Source of the DNA: the human T2T-CHM13v2.0 reference genome, Homo sapiens | Assembly: GCF_009914755.1 (NCBI RefSeq) | Contig: NC_060928.1 | DNA: 64,000 nt | Reading direction: 5' to 3' (one strand) | Shown: positions 62,235 through 64,000 of the stretch, in pieces | Layout of the letters: every line of letters starts with the position of its first letter | Position numbering within the stretch: the stretch's first letter is position 1 | Program-made: the position numbers and the translations under genes | The notes under the pieces: model-generated | What the model was told of the DNA's origin: nothing | Database searches by the model: none | Seen by the model: only the letters and a program-made list of their open reading frames with translations

Positions 62235-62430
62235 TTTGTCGTTTAATCAGGCAGTATGCAAACGTCTTTTATGAGCCAAGCACTGCATTACTGGGGTATG
62301 GTAATGAATAAGACAGACACAGTTTATACCCTCAAGCAGCTTATACTGCATCAGAGAAGAGGTACATTAAGCAAATGGTTTTCAATAACTAAACACATTA
62401 TTTCAAATGTAGAAAAGGCTTTAGATAACT
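62235..62430 (-). mobile_element. L2 3' fragment
   Basis: ATGAGCCAAGCACTG...CTGGGGTATGGTAATGAATAAGACAGACACAG...CCCTCAAGCAGCTTATA. Confidence 0.7.
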
Positions 62431-63667
62431 ACTTGGTTATAGGTAGGTTGGGAAGTACTAATATTTCTTTGTGTGATTTCTGGACACTGCATTTTTATCC
62501 TAATGAGGCCTGTAATACTTACTTAGGTTTGTGTGGTGTTTGTGATGGGGATGGAGAATAAGGGATGAGAAAGTGTGAAAAGACACGTGCAGAATGTTCT
62601 GGGAATGAGATTTAATAAAACACAGCTCTTGATAATGTATCAAGTGAAACTGCCCTGTTACTTCGCCTTGGAAATGTATGATGAGACCCTGTTTCCTCAA
62701 TTCAGTTAGCATGGGTTGAATACCTACATAGTATCAGAAACTCTGTAATACAACAAAGATTGAAACAGCTTTACTTTTCTGAGAACTTATTTTAAATAAG
62801 TCAAAGAATCACAAAATTTTAATATGATATGGCAGTGCTCAATGGAAAGTAAAATTTACTGTAAGGAGACAAAACAAGGGTTGAGAATAATAAAAAATAC
62901 AACAAGCAGCTGAAAGAGGTAAAAAAAAAAAGGTAACAAATGAAGATGAGGTTGAGGGTAGGGAAAGTATCTCAAAGTGTCAAAACAAAGGTAGGAAGGA
63001 GGAAGATAATCTAAGCATTCTATGCATACATTAATTATTTTTGGAGGCTGCATAAGAGAATGAAGACATTGAATAATAAAGTCAGATAAGCTAAAAGTAG
63101 CTAGCAGTAGGTAGAGAGGCATGTAAGAATATTATAAAAATGTTTATAATTGTTTATATTATCTGTCTATCTAGTACAGAGGAAGTTCTGGTTCAGGAAA
63201 TTCTACAGATAATGCTTATGCTGTTTCTCATACGTATGAGGCTGTACATTAGTTTTACCTACTGCCTTCTACATCAGAATTGCATGAGGTCCTGTTGACA
63301 AGGCAGATTTCATAGGCTGTAGCCTAATGCCAGACATAAGAAGAATTTTTAAAATGGGACCACCCCCCATGCCAGTTCTTACCCCCAGGTGATTCTGAAG
63401 CCACTAACATTTGAGAATAATTAGATAAAAGCCTGTGACAATTTCCTTCCCTACATTTCCTAAAATTTACATACACAAATGTATGCATACATATAAACCT
63501 TAAAAAATTGTTTTAATGGTAATGAGTGTATACACTCCCCTCCACACTTCGTATTGTCTTTCACTTTGTCCATATAACAGGAATCCCAATATATTGTGTC
63601 CAAATTTCCCTCTAGACAACTCCTTGACAGCAGATCACAGGCTTAATTTGATTGTGGAATACTTCTA

Positions 63668-64000
63668 CGGTAGTTTCTGTATTTCTTGGTGTCAGAGACC
63701 CTTTATATTCTTAAAAAATATTGAGAACCAAAAGAGCTTTCATTTATATCAGAGGTCAGCAAACTGTAGCCTGCAAGTCAAATACAACCAGTATCTTCTT
63801 TTTGTAAATAGCTTTTTTTGGAACAGAGCTACTGCCATTTATTTTTGTATCATCTATAGCTGTTTTCTCACTGTAACGACAGAGTTGAGTAGTGACAGAG
63901 ATCATACGGTTGGCCAAGCCTAAACTATTTACAATCTTGTCCTTTACAGAAAATGTTTGCTGGCTTCTGGTGTATGTGGATTATAGCTATTGATTTTTAG
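63668..64000 (-). mobile_element. Charlie1-family terminus (continues beyond window), interrupted by MER58A
   Basis: TTGGTGTCAGAGACCCTTTATATTCTTAAAAAATATTGAGAACCAAAAGAGCTTT | MER58A | GTGTATGTGGATTATAGCTATTGAT. Confidence 0.7.
63750..63969 (+). mobile_element. MER58A hAT MITE
   Basis: CAGAGGTCAGCAAACTGTAGCCTG...GACAGAGTTGAGTAGTGACAGAGA...AAGCCTAAACTATTTAC...CCTTTACAGAAAATGTTTGCTGGCTTCTG. Confidence 0.85.

Noticed and set aside
63516-63923. Longest ORF in the window (135 aa)
   Set aside because: Runs across Charlie1 and MER58A non-coding repeat sequence; no recognisable domain

Overview
AT-rich, CpG-poor, non-coding anthropoid primate DNA (human-like; intron of a large gene or intergenic, which the sequence alone cannot decide). 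No intact protein-coding gene, RNA gene or CRISPR array is supportable. The only gene-derived feature is an old, intronless, multiply disabled RACK1 (GNB2L1) processed pseudogene on the minus strand (~49.66-50.76 kb). The rest is layered transposon fossils: Alu J/S and monomers, L1PA/PB/MC/ME, L2, L3, MIR, MaLR/ERVL LTRs, an apparently full-length Tigger2 carrying a THE1A LTR, MER1A, MER5, MER20, MER58A and Charlie1, plus microsatellites. Family and subfamily calls come from recalled consensus sequences and need RepeatMasker/Dfam confirmation; boundaries of the oldest elements are approximate. I did not find a convincing new biological system. The best leads are: a 71-nt pre-miRNA-sized hairpin made by inverted duplication inside an MLT1C LTR (31700-31770), a perfect DR5 retinoic acid response element with a CACGTG E-box in it in a repeat-free block (20015-20031), a duplicated GATA+T-box module (45844-45877), a consensus NRF2/MAF ARE (35186-35196), an antisense Alu nested in an Alu, and a twin-primed L1.
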